A stretch of DNA of 63,671 nucleotides, the filler included, from Phoronis australis (taxonomy: Eukaryota; Animalia; Phoronida): the NCBI GenBank assembly GCA_002633005.1. It is 8 parts of 8 records of this genome, joined end to end, with 100 filler letters (N's around TTAATTAATTAA, not from the genome) between each part and the next. Parts side by side here need not be neighbours in the genome. Positions count along the whole stretch, not along the records: positions 1 to 29,236 come from NMRA01000069.1; 7 more parts are not named here. The stretch is one strand, 5' to 3'. A model generated the notes under the pieces. That model was not told the origin of the DNA. It worked only from the letters and a program-made list of their open reading frames with translations, and ran no database searches. Positions 1 to 13,485 of this stretch are shown in pieces; positions within the stretch are counted from its first letter, which is position 1, and every line of letters starts with the position of its first letter. A program made the translations under genes and the position numbers.

Positions 1-2814
1 CAGCCCAGTGAGGCCAGCTTCTCGAGGTATAAGCTATGTAATCTTCTCTGTTCCGCGGTTTGGTTTCTCCCTCGTCCGTTGCCCAGTTGGTGTAGCCCAA
101 GGGTCGGTTAGTCGTCTCCCATACCCAATGTCCCTCGCGCTGTCGATCAGTTCCGCCCGTGAGATATTGTCCGGGCCGAACCGGTGATTCTGCAAACAGA
201 CATAATAAACTGCAATTTGATACCTTTGAAGTTAGTTAAGGGCTCAGTTTGGCAACCTGGAGCTCGGCATGCAATGCGACTTCAGAGTGTGTTTGGTGAC
301 TTGGTCAAATCCCAAATCGCCATGAAGATAAAGATGAGATTCTACCGCATGTTTTTAGAATATTTTGTAGAACTTTAACAAATGAACGTATTTACCTAAC
401 TTATGAGCATGATATCTCAGAAGTGGTCGATTGGACCATGCAAAACTTTCACAAGCTATGCTCTATACACTGTTCTGCAAACTCAGTGTGTGTTCCACTT
501 TTGAACAAGGAGCCATAAAAATCTTTTTACAGATTTTCATGGCAAAGTCTAAAGTTGCAAATCAAAACAAAATGATATAATGTTTTTGGGATCTCTTCTT
601 GAACACTAACATCAACAAAAATTTGGTGATGTTAATATTGATAACCGTTGTTTTGTTATCAAATACGTTAACTTTCTTTTTTATTAGCTTTTGCTAAAAA
701 GACGTCTTGGTATGACCTAATTAATGATATATTCAAGATATAAAGTCGAAATCTATTTCTACAGGCTGGACCTCTTTGTACTTTCAGAAAGTAATAATTT
801 TACCGCGTGAAAATAAAGAATTTTGTAGAGATTTGGCTTAATACAGGGACTTGGCAACAAAGTTCTATATAACCTTAAACTCATGTTAGTAATAGAACGT
901 AAATGAGGTTGCAAACATTTAAGTCATGCCAACACGCCATCTGTTGGCCACATCACATGACGTAATGAATATAAGTCTGAAAATGAGGTTAATTCTGTGA
1001 ATATCATTTTAATGTTACTACTCACTCCTCATGAGAGTAGATAGCTGCATTATCAGGAAATGGTCCTCAGCGTAACTGTCCACCTCCGCTAAGTAAGAAG
1101 ACATCTGCTTGCAGCTTCTCCTGGCTTTTGTGCGGTTGACAGGTACGCTGCCAAAGAAGTAGCAACTGGTGTTGAATTTCTTGAAACCGTCTGCACATTT
1201 TCTTTCTTGCTGAGGGTTGAGACCTGGCGTTTGAGTAATATCGGTAAAATCTTACAATGGTCCTAATCTTAATTATTAATATTTTTATTAATAATCAATG
1301 AGATCTTTTTACAGTTAAGTTTACTCAAATTTGAACAAAGATAACGGCCAAAATTATCGTTTTTTTATTTTTCAAATACTGTATTATCAAAAATGCTCAA
1401 AATTTCTCCCTGTGTTCATCGATGACACTAGCAAATGTTTTCTAATAATGAAATATAATAGTTTTCTTTTTTACTATTTTTGAAAATTTTGATAAAATAA
1501 TACTTTGCTGTTCCGGTATATTGTGTTTTAATTTGAAGGAACTGTACCATATTTCTAGTGGCTTGGGATTATAAATTTTACAGTTTTACTTCTCTATACA
1601 GTACTTGATTATGGAATGCAGTTGGAAGATAAGCTTTCTCATTACATAATGTTACTGGAGAGCAGTTTTGCTGCTTACATTGTTTATGAAGCACTCAAAT
1701 AATTGCAGCTGTCACTGGATGTATGGCAAAGTTCTTCAATTTAGGATGGCCTGTAAAATTTGGGACAAAGATATTCCAGTAGAAATTGAATTTTCTTGAT
1801 TTTGAAAATTAGTGTTCAACTTAATTCTCGAATTTCAAACACAGCATTCTGTATAAATCGAGTCTGAAAATAGACCTGGGCAGTCAGCTTTGCCATGTTC
1901 TTTTTGTGTCTGAATTTGGATTTGAGCAAAGCAATTATTTTTCACTGTCCCAAATTGTAGAATTTTTACTGTAGTTTAGTATCAATTAGTATGGAGACTT
2001 AAGAACAACCGATGGATGTTGTCAGCAAATTTCACAATCAGCATGCAGTGCAAACTGTGCTACTCTGTGACTTATTATATTCAGTTATTACTGTGGTGAT
2101 TTATCACTGAAAGTCTCTAAAACGCAGCAATTCTTTTTAGAATTTATTTTGAAATTTTGATCAAAATTGAACCCCAGGACTGGAGTAGTCCTAGAAAAAA
2201 ATACTTTGCTAGGCCTAGACCTAAAGGTAAGGGAAAGCTTTTCTAAATACTGTTTTGTATCAATTAAATATTATGGTAAATTTACATAAACTTATGCCAT
2301 TCTCTGACAGAAGTGAACCAGGACTTGGAAAGGTTTGGAAACGGTGTCCCACTGTCATGCCCCCTNNNNNNNNNNNNNNNNNNNNNNNNNNNNNNNNNNN
2401 NNNNNNNNNNNNNNNNNNNNNNNNNNNNNNNNNNNNNNNNNNNNNNNNNNNNNNNNNCCTCCCCCCCCACCATCCATACCTCCTCTTGGGTTAGTCAACA
2501 TCTCTACACTGTGTCTTACCTTGTACTTTACGCAGCATGCCAGTCAGCTGCTGCATAAAATTGTTCAGTGCTGCCATCTGATGCTGCATTTTTGTTGCCA
2601 AGCCTTCCATTCCCGTCGGTGATACCGTCTGCGTGCTGTTGACTTGGGGCCACACATTTGTGACATTCTGCAATCCTTGAGTGATCCCATCCAACGGGTT
2701 CTGCAAATGCTCGTTAAATTGTTGCCAAAAATCATCGATTCCTGCAGCAAGAGTAATGTTGATCAGAAGAACACAAAAACACAGTTTGAATATTGATACT
2801 CTTGCAACCGCCAT
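1..2814 (-). CDS. Secreted C-type lectin domain protein A (3 exons, runs off the window start)
   Basis: Exons 2814-2520 (MAVARVSIFKLCFCVLLINITLAAG signal peptide, then Gln/Asn/Met-rich helical neck), 1223-1026 (KCADGFKKFNTSCYFFG...ARRSCKQMSSYLAEVDSYAEDHFL) and 189-<1 (YLTGGTDRQREGHWVWETTNRPLGYTNW...REDYIAY). GT-AG, phase-1 introns, frame continuous. Confidence 0.9.
236..878. mobile_element. Putative non-autonomous DNA transposon (TTAA-flanked, Kolobok-like ends)
   Basis: Bounded by TTAA|GG...CC|TTAA inside the lectin A intron. Similar-looking sequence at about 38830-39400 and 42100-42460. Confidence 0.35.
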
Positions 2815-5800
2815 GATGTTCTTGTCCCACTTGGTCTGTGTGTGTTTGTGTGTGTGTTTGTTGACTTCAACTTCCAAGCTGTTGTAGTTGGTTGTGCTTC
2901 CCGTTATTTATCCAGTTACGCAAGACCAAACCCCGGATCTAGCTGCTTATCTCACTGTTTAGATCGGTCAACATAAGTGTCTTCCGGCCAATCCAAGTGT
3001 CTTCCAGGATATGTCACTGAACCCCTGGATCATTACACAACTGGGTCATACTTGGCGTAGAGTTATTTGACACACTTTGTGCACTTAAAATAAAACCAAA
3101 AATTTTGTTCTGTAGTGTTTTCGCTCGTTGTGCCATGAGAAGCGTACAGTTGTACGCGTTTTAGCTCACAAAGCGACACCAGTTAGCAGGACATTATGAC
3201 AAGAACTAGATATCCAGAAATGTACCAGGTGGAGCCCCCAACTATTCTTAGCAAATGAAGACACCCACATGTTTGTAAATTGCAGAACCCAATAGGGTCA
3301 ACAACTAACTTACCATCAGTTACACTGTGGTCATGTAACACTTAACCACAATTATTACAAAATTCTGTGGTCTTTTTATCATATTTTTACTGTAGCAGGA
3401 TCTTAAGGACCTCTGTTATTCATAAGTGGTTGCTGTATATTAAAGCTTATCTCAAGTAGTCATGTTTTTCATAGTGTCTTTATTGAAAAACAATAAACCA
3501 GTCCCTATTCTCCAACACCCATTCCCATGTTTGTGATTTGCACAGCGTATTTTGCATATTTGTTGCATGATAGGCCAATAGCTTTGAAGTAAAAGCACTA
3601 GTATATACTTTGAAAATACACCATGCAAGTCTCAAACATGAAGTTGGGTGTTCGAGGATAGGGTCTGGGTTAGAGGTTGTGTTATATTTGTATTATAAGT
3701 TTAGGGATTAGTGTTTTGGAAATGGAAGGGAGAGGTGATTTATTATTTGGGCAGTCTGGCAAGGTACACATCATTTGTTACTGTGTGGCTGCTTCTGGGT
3801 GAGAAATATACTTCATACTGAGGCAATCTTCATCAAAAATTGAAGATTTTCTGAACCTTGGTTAAGAGTTCCAGCAGATGAAAATTGTCTGCAAAGTCTG
3901 CAAAAAAAATGCGGTTGCCTCAGTGTATGCCATAGATTATACAGAAAAATTTAAGTCAAATACTGCAGTCTGCTTAATTGAGTTAGTGACACCGCATCCG
4001 TCTCTCACGGACTTCAGGTTGGCTGATGGTGTTGTTATCGCTCTGGCCAATAGTATGCATTTTAACCAGACGACGTGGCAACATCCCTAATTCAAGTAAG
4101 CAGATTCCAGTATTTGACTTAAATTTTTCTGACTGTGTTTTGTTTCCTCAACTACATGTCTCAAACCTTTAATGCTTTTGCCATAGACTATGTTTTTCAA
4201 AACCAGAAATGCACAACCTATGAGATATACTAAGTTATTGGTTTGCAAAATGTTTGGGTAAATTTCTCTTTTGTAAGATCTCTTCGACAATGAGTCGAAA
4301 ACCCGGAGTGCGTAAAACCCTGCATTCATATCATTTTACTGTATAACGGTGATAAAATACAAATCATATGAGTTTTAGCAAGTTTTTTGCTGATATTTAT
4401 TACCTTCGACTTCATCTGCAGTGAAATTTTTCCAATTTAGGTTGCAGTGAGGCGGAAAAGCATCATTCCCCAAAGTTTTTCTCAAAAGGATACATAACAT
4501 CCAAATGTAACGCTTTACCAGTCTCAGCTACACCATCAAAATAATTGGAAGACAATGTAACCATTCACAACAATGCTTTAAGAAAATTGAGAAAAGGTAA
4601 TTTTGGCAATTATTTTTTCGGAAATTAATGATTTTGTGGTAATTCAATTTGTAAACCGCTCCCGGTGATTACGTAGGGTGCGTCTTCAAGGTGACCTTCA
4701 GGATCGTACTGACATATCATTAGAACATGCAAAGTATTTAGGAGTGACACTTATTAGAACAAACTAATGTGATATATTTCCGTTTTATACTGGGCTGGTA
4801 GTGAAGTAATGATATAGGCGTTGTATGGAAACCAGCTGAATGTTTGCTAGTCAATTCACTGGACTGTTAATGTTAAATGTGATTTACATACTGAAGTAAC
4901 TGTTTCACATTTTAGTGATGTATTAACAAGTAACAATGGTACCACTCGTATGACCTATTACATTATATAAAGTTTCTGTACTTCACAGTTCATATTGGAA
5001 CTTGTCAGAATTCAGAAAAAAAGGCGAAATTATTTTTGTTCATTATGAAAGCATTTTCATGACCATTTGGTTTAAAATTCAAGCGCAAACGCTAATTTCC
5101 TGAAAAAGATGCTATCAACAAAGAATGTCAAATTATCATTGCTAGAGGTACAGTTCACTCCAAAGAACTCAGTTGAAATGACCTGGGATTCCCAGCCGTC
5201 ACATCTGAACAGAACTCTAGTTCGTGGTCAGAGTAGTCTTCCGTCATGACTTGGAATTAAGGGGAGCCCAAGTTGAAAACTTGTGAGATGGCTTAGCCAT
5301 TCATCTGTAATTAGAATTTGCCTCCATGATAGTCATACCGGTCATTTTTGTTCTTAAAAAAATTAGGGTAAAATCTACAATTTAGGACACAATATAGCGA
5401 ACAACTGAAATTTTGTTTCACATTTTCCATGCTACAAATGGTTGCGATAAATTCAATGCATTTTCATGTTTGAAGTTTTGTACCTCAACTACTGTCGGGT
5501 AAAGTTTTGAAAAATTGTTAGCTTACAACATGATGTTAGAAGCCCTCGAAAAATCAAGAAAGGGCTTTTTGTGCAGTTGTTTGTTTCTGTAATTGGTCAC
5601 ATTTTACCATAACCATCATAATGGGGAAACGGCATTTTGTCTGTTCACCTTTATCAGGTTCTGTGTGGTGCTTAGTCAGTACTAAGGGTGCCATGATTAA
5701 GCAAATTGTTATCAAATCCCAACAGTTGCAAGAACAACCGATTTTGATATGGATGTCCCAATATCCATTTCGATTTCATTCTTAGTTCCAATTTTCACCG

Positions 5801-6182
5801 GTAAATGTCTTTCAAAGTCACAGCTTATTTGTTTCTCTTGAGATATTGAACAAATTAAAAGCTCGGGATCGTTCACTCGTCGGAATCTTGTCGTATTTAA
5901 TACTTATCCATGTCCACAACAGGGAATATTGAGAGTGCTCAACGAGCGCAGTTGTCAACAGAACATGTTGTAATTGTCTGAGGAAAAACTTAAAGTGAAA
6001 AAAATGAAAGTTTTTCACTCTTTGGAAATTGTTTTTCATGCTGAAATTTCTAAAATTTGTATGAGTGGCAAGTTTACTTATATTTGAGAAAATTGAAAAT
6101 AAGCAAATCAAATTCTTCGTTAAACAACTGGATTGAACTTGAACAGGAATTCCTACAAATGTGAGTTGTCTTAATCCTGTGC

Positions 6183-6388
6183 AAATGAAGGTGATATTCA
6201 AGTGCAGGTGATATTCAAATGAAGGTGATATCCAAATGAAGGTGATATCCAAATGAAGGTGATATTCAAATGAAGGTGATATTCAAATGAAGGTGATATT
6301 CAAATGAATGTGATGTACAAATGGACGTGATGTACAAATGGACGTGATATTCAAATGAATGTGATATTCAAATGAACGTGATATTCAA
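6183..6388. repeat. 17-bp minisatellite (CAAATGAAGGTGATATT)n
   Basis: About 12 tandem degenerate copies ending just before the acceptor at 6406. Confidence 0.9.
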
Positions 6389-6406
6389 AATATCTTCTCT
6401 TTGTAG

Positions 6407-9400
6407 CATTACCGCAAGATCCGACCATTCTGTACGAGTTGTTGAAGGATGACTTGAGCCAATCCATTCGACAACTGCAATTCACATTAGCTGCTGTGCG
6501 GTCCCAAAAGAGGGAGCTGAAGGAGAGGATTGATCGGTGAGGAACTCAGTCACTGGTTACCACAGTAACCCTATTTAAAGTGGCATTTGGCACACTTCTA
6601 TAATAAATCAATCTATGTAGTTTTCAAAGAAGTTTACAAATTCCTTCTGGCATTGTTAAAGTTTTGGGGAAAGCCCAAAAAGAAACCTGATAAAACAATT
6701 TGAAAATTGATCAGAAATTTTTGTTTCAAAATTTTTTCCAATATTTAGAGAAAACGTATTGCTAACTTTTTTAAAAGCAACTGTTACTTAAACAGCATAC
6801 TTTGATAGCGGACATGTAGTAGAATACCGTAGTACAGGACACATGATTTTAATTGTTTGTTCATCTCAGCAGTCACTGACACTACAAACCTGGAAACGGA
6901 AGTTGAAACAAATCGTTGTAGTTCACACATACAATGACGTGATGGTAATTCTGAATTGATGTATCATTGGTAAAATCTCGAATCAGCTACCTAATTTGTT
7001 ATGTTTCCGGTTTTGCAGTGGTTGACTAGTAGTCATCATGACGAACTGCTAACGAAATGCACAAAATTGTGCTTTTCAGGTATTCAAAATTTCCTGTCCC
7101 ATTTTAAAAGTTTGCACTCATTAAGTTAGGTGTTCTTCACTTAGTGATTGGTTTTATAACATTGTTATTAAATCTACAACTTCACGTTTGAACTTGAAAT
7201 CAAAAGTTTGAACTGGAATTTAAGTTTGTATGGAGGGGTTATCAAATGAATGTGGTTTAGGTTTTGTACTGCAGCTCAAAAACAATTTTTTATATGTTGT
7301 CCATGCTTCATTCAAAAACAGTTTCGTGCCCGACGTTGGATGTCGAGGCCTGGTGTTCATTCAGTGCATCATATTATAATTGAAACGTCAGAGCTGTGTT
7401 CGCTTGATAGTCTGAATTTCATTTTTCAGTGAGAAAGAATTCCTTTCTGAGCACCAACAGATAAAGGCCGCCTTGGAGCAGAAAATCTCTGAGTCGGTAA
7501 ATCACCAGTTTCGCGTCAACGAAAGTGGGTATGTGTCCACTCCTATCATCGTGAGATTGCTATGTTTTAATAACATTGTGTGTGGTGAATAGTGGCTACT
7601 GTAACGTTACTAGTGGCGAGTTACGCGTACCTTGACTACTGTTGTATTTGTTTGTAATCGTCGTTTGTGTAAAGTATCGAGAGACCAAGAGCACTGCATT
7701 GTGATATAACTCCAGGCTACTTTGACCTCTGTGATTCGGATGGCGACTGCTAGGGAACGGAATAAAGATGAAAACGGAAGACAGTGATAAATGTTTTGTA
7801 TATTTTGTTTAACAATGCAACTTTCCAAACATGGGATGTAATGAACAAATAAGGGAATAGTCAGACTCATCGAGTACATTTAGAGAGGACATAGGCGGAT
7901 CCAGGGGGTCAAGGGGGTTCAGACCCCCATTTTCCCTTGATGTTAGTGATATTAAATCTAGAATCATCAAATTGTTGGCTTGGACCCCTCTTTTAAAAAA
8001 GTCCTTGATCCAACCCCTTTCCTTTTAAATAACCTGGATCCGAACATGGAAGATAAAGTTGAGCTTGGCCGATTTATGCACGGGTATTTGCACTGTATGC
8101 GGAGAGGGCATCTTCACGTGACCAAACTCAGAAGACATGCGCAACAGCATTAAAATGAGCTCGTCTGGTGGTTAACAGATGGCAGTGAAAACTGAGTGCA
8201 CAAGTAGGCAACAATTAGTTTCTGTTACAATGTTAAAAAATTTCTTTTTTTACCTCAGGTTCAAAAAAGAACTTAATGAGAAGACTTCAAAGGCCAAAGC
8301 CTATTTGAGACAAGTGGCAAAATGGCTGGTAAGCATTGTGTATTTTGATTCTACTGTTGAATCTGTTACAACAAGCCCTCGTAGGAAATTTCTGTTTGTT
8401 GTAGCCAAAGTGCATTGTAAACTAAGAAAGTTGTTAACTAATGGTTCTGTGGATTTGTGGAGTGGGACATTATTAACAAACGAACATAAAACAGGCTCGT
8501 TGTAATACTGATTGACTGTAGTGATATCAGGCTTGTTGTAATACTGATTGACTGTAGTGATATCAGGCTTGTTGTAATACTGATTGACAGTAGTGATATC
8601 AGGCTTGTTGTAATACTGATTGACTGTAGTGATATCAGGCTCGTTGTAATACTGATTGACAGTAGTGATATCAGGCTCGTTGTAATACTGATTGACAGTA
8701 GTGATATCAGGCTCGTTGTAATACTGATTGACAGTAGTGATATTTGCTCGATTTTCATTGCTCTAGAGATGATGTTTTTCGTCACATGAGCCAACGAAAG
8801 GCAGATTGGTATAAAGTTTTTTTTCATGCTTCCTATTTTTAGAAAGTACCGTATAATAATTGAGCTCATTGAAGGGATCTGCTAAACTAAGTATCTCATT
8901 TGGCAAAACTTTATCTGGTCAAGTAACACATCCTCTGTGTTACTTGACAAACGAAGTCAGAAATACGACGTGCTATTTGGCTTGTGTTGTTAATCAATCT
9001 TGGTTGTTTTTCATGATCTTCCAGCTGCAGTTTGTGACACAGCACTATCCCCCACCCACGGCTGAGCAGACGGCAAAGTGGAGAAGACGGGTAAATAGAA
9101 AATATGGAATCCACCTTTAGTTGGTTTTGATGGATTGCCAACTGCCTTACCTTAAGTGTTGTGTAATTTTTAGCTGTTTTTATCTGAATTTATTGTTCCA
9201 AAATATTGGCAGTATTTTTAATTGGCATGCATTACAATACTGTACTTGACTATTTTGTTGAATTGGTGATGCCCAGATTTTGTCGAAGATGCCTTAGGTA
9301 TGGCTCTGGATGACTGCTTGTCTGAGTGACTAGCCCCCCTCCTTGTTCTCGAAAAAAATCTGGGTACCGCCTCTTAGTCTCCTGTTTGACGCAACAGTCA

Positions 9401-11464
9401 ATGAACTGTTTTGTAGATATATATAGCATTCTTATTGCAAGTTAGCATCAATATTTGCAATCATCACACTCGTGGGATAGTTGGATTAAATTATTCAGAT
9501 TGATTTGTACAGTATATGTCAAAAGTATTCTGACAAAATGAGCCGTAATTCCCTGTCTTGATGACTGTGCAGAAGCTAAATTCATTGTCAGAGGAGTCTT
9601 CTCTTGTGACTGAGAATAACTAAAGGCGATTCAACAGGAAAGATACTAGTAACAATGGCGTCTAAGCCATCGTGTGATTAGAATTTTTGTCGTTATCAAA
9701 GTCATTATCAGTGATCACTTTAGCTATAATTTGCTGTTATTATGGGGACACAGTATATTTGCCTGATTACTTTTGTCCTGTACTGAATTTTAAAACCTCT
9801 GTTGTTATAGATATTGCAGATTGAATTTCTTGTTGAATTTCCCAGATTGAAGTTTGTTTTCTGATTTTAGAATCCACAAGAGGCAGGCGACGAAATTAGC
9901 CCCATGGAGTATGTTCCATTGGAAAATATACTGGAGGTAAGATCTTTATGAATGTCGTTTCACGAGTTAAGCAAGGTTTTTTAGACTAGTTTGCGGATAT
10001 TATTTTGCATATTTTGTGCAGTGATCGACAATAATGTTAGCTTTTGAAAACTATATTGTACACTGTTTTGGTCAATCCTATCCAGAGAACAAGATATTGT
10101 TTTATGCAGCCAAACCAAGTTCCAAAATCCGACCAAAAAAAGCATAGCTGGTTCTTGTCTCTATTTTTTGTAAATCATGTCGGTGGCACGGTATTTGTTT
10201 AATTGCTCATTTTCTTATGAAAAGAAAATCCACTCAATACAAGCAAAAATAATGCAGGGCCTGTTTTGGTACTCACCGCTTAAGGATTCATGGTGTTTCA
10301 AACCTTGCTTAGGTGCCTTATGCTGCTTTTCGAAAAAAGACCAGACCTTGGGTTAATTGATATGGGTGGGTGTTTTTCAGTTGTTTTAGCCGATGACCAC
10401 AGGTCTCAAACTGGGTCAGGCAGAGATCATAACCTGCTATACTTTTTCTTGGACTTATCTGTAAATATTGTTCAACTTTAACGATGTTGAGAACGAATAT
10501 CATGTTATTTCTCTACTTGTCTTTCCAACAAAAATCACGCAAGGTTTAAGGGGAAGTTGTTTCTAAGTTTTTGCTATGTGAAGGTGTTCTACGCTGGATG
10601 CTTGTTTGCAAACATAAGCTGTACAATTTGTAGCTTTGAAGGATATTGAAAGTTACCTCTGACTGACCCAGTCACAAACTGTGGTATGCAAGATGAAACA
10701 TAATGCTTTTATGCATGGGCTTTTTTAACAGTTGTAATATCCAATAATTCCTCGTTCAAGCCCTTCTCGGTCGTGGCCTTCAGGTTAGGCAATTCAGCTC
10801 CCTTGCATACTCACAAAACACTCAACTTTCACTTGCCTGATTTTGCAAGATCTTTCTTTAAACTTGGTCCACGGAACAGAATTTTTTTCAGCTTGTCTCT
10901 ACTATATCGAGAAAACCTTTATTTTGACCATAGGAATAATATAAAAGAAATGGTACTTCTGAAGATCGCATTCATGTTCATAATGGTATACATGAACCAT
11001 AGCAGTTGGTTGTGATGTGTTCGCTAAAGTTATTAAAGCGAAATGTGAGACGATGGTTGTTGTGTTGTTCTCGCCAAAGCTGCTGTAGGTTTAAAGCTAT
11101 CTGACATTGGTTTTCGCATTTTACTCACCGAAGCTTTAAACTAATTGCAAATTTAAAGTAAAATATCTGACATTGGTTGTCATATAGCAATCGCTGAATG
11201 TGCCTCAAATTCAAAGTAAAACATCTGACGCTTGTATGCGCTGTATATCTTAATAAATATCTTAAAAAATACCTGTTGTACAGAAATATTGTTTTTGTTT
11301 TGCAGGAGTTGATGAACAAGGTGATCGAATCTCCACATGACCCGTACATCGCGGTCGAGCGAGGTCACTGGCCACCATATATAGAACTATTGTTGAGAGT
11401 CGGCATCGCGCTGAAACACCCAGAAACAGACAATAAAATTAAAATGACCCCGTACCACTACTGA
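6407..11464 (+). CDS. CENPK: Centromere protein K, 3' six exons (5' exons not found in window)
   Basis: Exons 6407-6536, 7430-7528, 8259-8328, 9025-9090, 9871-9936 and 11306-11464 splice in frame. The C-terminus PHDPYIAVERGHWPPYIELLLRVGIALKHPETDNKIKM matches the CENP-K signature PHDPY...WPPY.ELLLR.GIALRHP. Confidence 0.92.
7890..8048. mobile_element. Short MITE with CATAGGCGGATCCAGG-type TIRs
   Basis: CATAGGCGGATCCAGG at the left end and CCTGGATCCGAACATG at the right end. Internal G/C runs. Confidence 0.65.
8493..8743. repeat. 36-bp minisatellite, about 7 copies
   Basis: Unit AGGCT(C/T)GTTGTAATACTGATTGAC(T/A)GTAGTGATATC head-to-tail with no spacers, in a CENPK intron. Confidence 0.95.
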
Positions 11465-13485
11465 GGATAGGTCAAGTTGAGGTGAAGCTGTCGTGTGTTG
11501 TTGATAAGAGTTCTTATCTTGTTGCACGCATCCAGTACGTGTCGGAGATAATAGGACAAACTATCGTTGCCCTGACATGTTGGCATATTTTTACCGCAAA
11601 ACTGACTCTTCGTTATGGCAAAATTCTTATTATTGATGAGCGTTGCCACCATGTTAACTCATCGGTGAATTCCTTGTTATTCGCTATCGTGAGGTTGAAT
11701 CGTGCTGGAGCTTTCCTGTCATGGCGGGGGAATTCTAGGTCATATTATGCGATTAATTTTTGGCATTTTGTGACGCTACCCGATCCTTGTTGTGAGTACT
11801 AGAGGAATTAGTGCGCAAGCATTTTCTAGATATGTTGCTGGCCTTCAAAGATGTTTATCCAGGTATTTAAGGTTAATTGTCTTCGATTTCAAATACAAAA
11901 TATTGAGAATTTTACTTTATGGTGGTTGTCTAAACATGTTACCTTGAATCGGCTTCACTCAGTCCACTCAAAACTCGACAAATTACTGCATGTGAGCTAA
12001 TATATACATATGCACTTATGTGCACAGTGAATTATTGGTCATATTGTACTTTAGGTGTTTTGTGATGTTACCAATCCTTTTTGTGAGTACCAGAGGAATT
12101 AGTGCGCAATTCATGTATGTACACAGTGACTATCCCAAGTCACACACACCATAACACATCTGAACACTCAAGAGTTTATTACTCATTGATCAAAAGCTGT
12201 GTTAAAGTCTGGTGACAGGTGAGCTCTGCTTCACTAAATACTGGCATCCATGTGTCCTTGATAAAAGTTCAGCAAATTTAATGAAACCAATGTTGTGCTC
12301 TAAACTGAACAATCTTCATTGTCAACAGAATTTCTTCACCCCCTTTATCTGTAATTCAACCTCCAGCATTTGTCATGCAAGAATGCATAAGAGTTGAGGT
12401 GATTAGACATTCATGTTCTAAAATAAACATTTGGTTGTCCAATGGTTGCTTTATTGTGAATGATTCTTTATAAAGTTCCACAGGACTTGTGAATAAACAA
12501 TAACCATGTATCCTGTTCAGTAGGACAACAGTAACAATACTTTAACCAACATATTGCTGACTCGGCTTAACTTCTTGCTAAAAACCAAGTAAAGTGCATC
12601 TTAAAAACAATAAAATTCTCAGTATGATGCATGTCATACTCCAAAACGGCAACGTTTATATCTGGGAGATTCCACTTCAGGCCAATTTTATGCTCAAGAT
12701 GGAATCCACCAGCCTATTTAGAAACGGGCATGCTTAGTCCTCATATGTTGATGTTTGCCACTGACGTCACGATGGAGACCCTATCAAAACTGAATTGCGA
12801 AACTTCCTAAACGTACACTTAACTGTGTTATGGAGAGTCCACCAAAAGCTGTTGGCTGCTTCATTTTACTGCTAATGCACCAATGGTGTGTCCTTGGAGA
12901 AATAAATTCATTATTTAACTCTGGCACTTTCCCACTGTGTAATAAACTGGATTTTGTGTTTTGGAGTAGATGGTCTTTCCGCATAGTTGTTTCGTTTTTA
13001 TGATCAATTATATTTTTGACATCCGCTCCAGCAAAGCATTTTAAACACTTCCTAAAGCATTTCGGAGCACAGAGCATAACGCATAGTATTTTAAGTTTCA
13101 TATGAATCCAAACAGCCATTTTTAAAATGTTTCGAAGTTAGCCTAATTTGGACATTTTTCTATCGCTCTACTTAAGAACTTATTTCAGATTTCAGCTTAA
13201 ACATTAATAACAAATGAAATTTTGTCATGATATGGTTACCGTTCTTTTGTTATAATGTACCTTAATTCCTTTTGATAAATTTATTATCAAAAAGACTTTA
13301 TCATGTCACCCACTCAATTGCAACTTCAAGTGGTTAAAGTAAAAAATCAACTTCTGCAGTCTTTCTGCTTTCAATGTACGCTTTAAACCTTTGGAGCTTT
13401 GATACTGTATTAAAAACACAGACTTGTCGATAAGTACATAACCTTAACAAGCTCTCTGCAGGCAAAACCCAGCCTTAGTATGCTT

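Noticed and set aside
8493-8743. 36-bp repeats as a CRISPR array, or ORF 8438-8869 as a repeat protein
   Set aside because: The units are contiguous with no unique spacers, there are no cas genes, and it lies in a eukaryotic intron. The ORF is a by-product of a stop-free unit.
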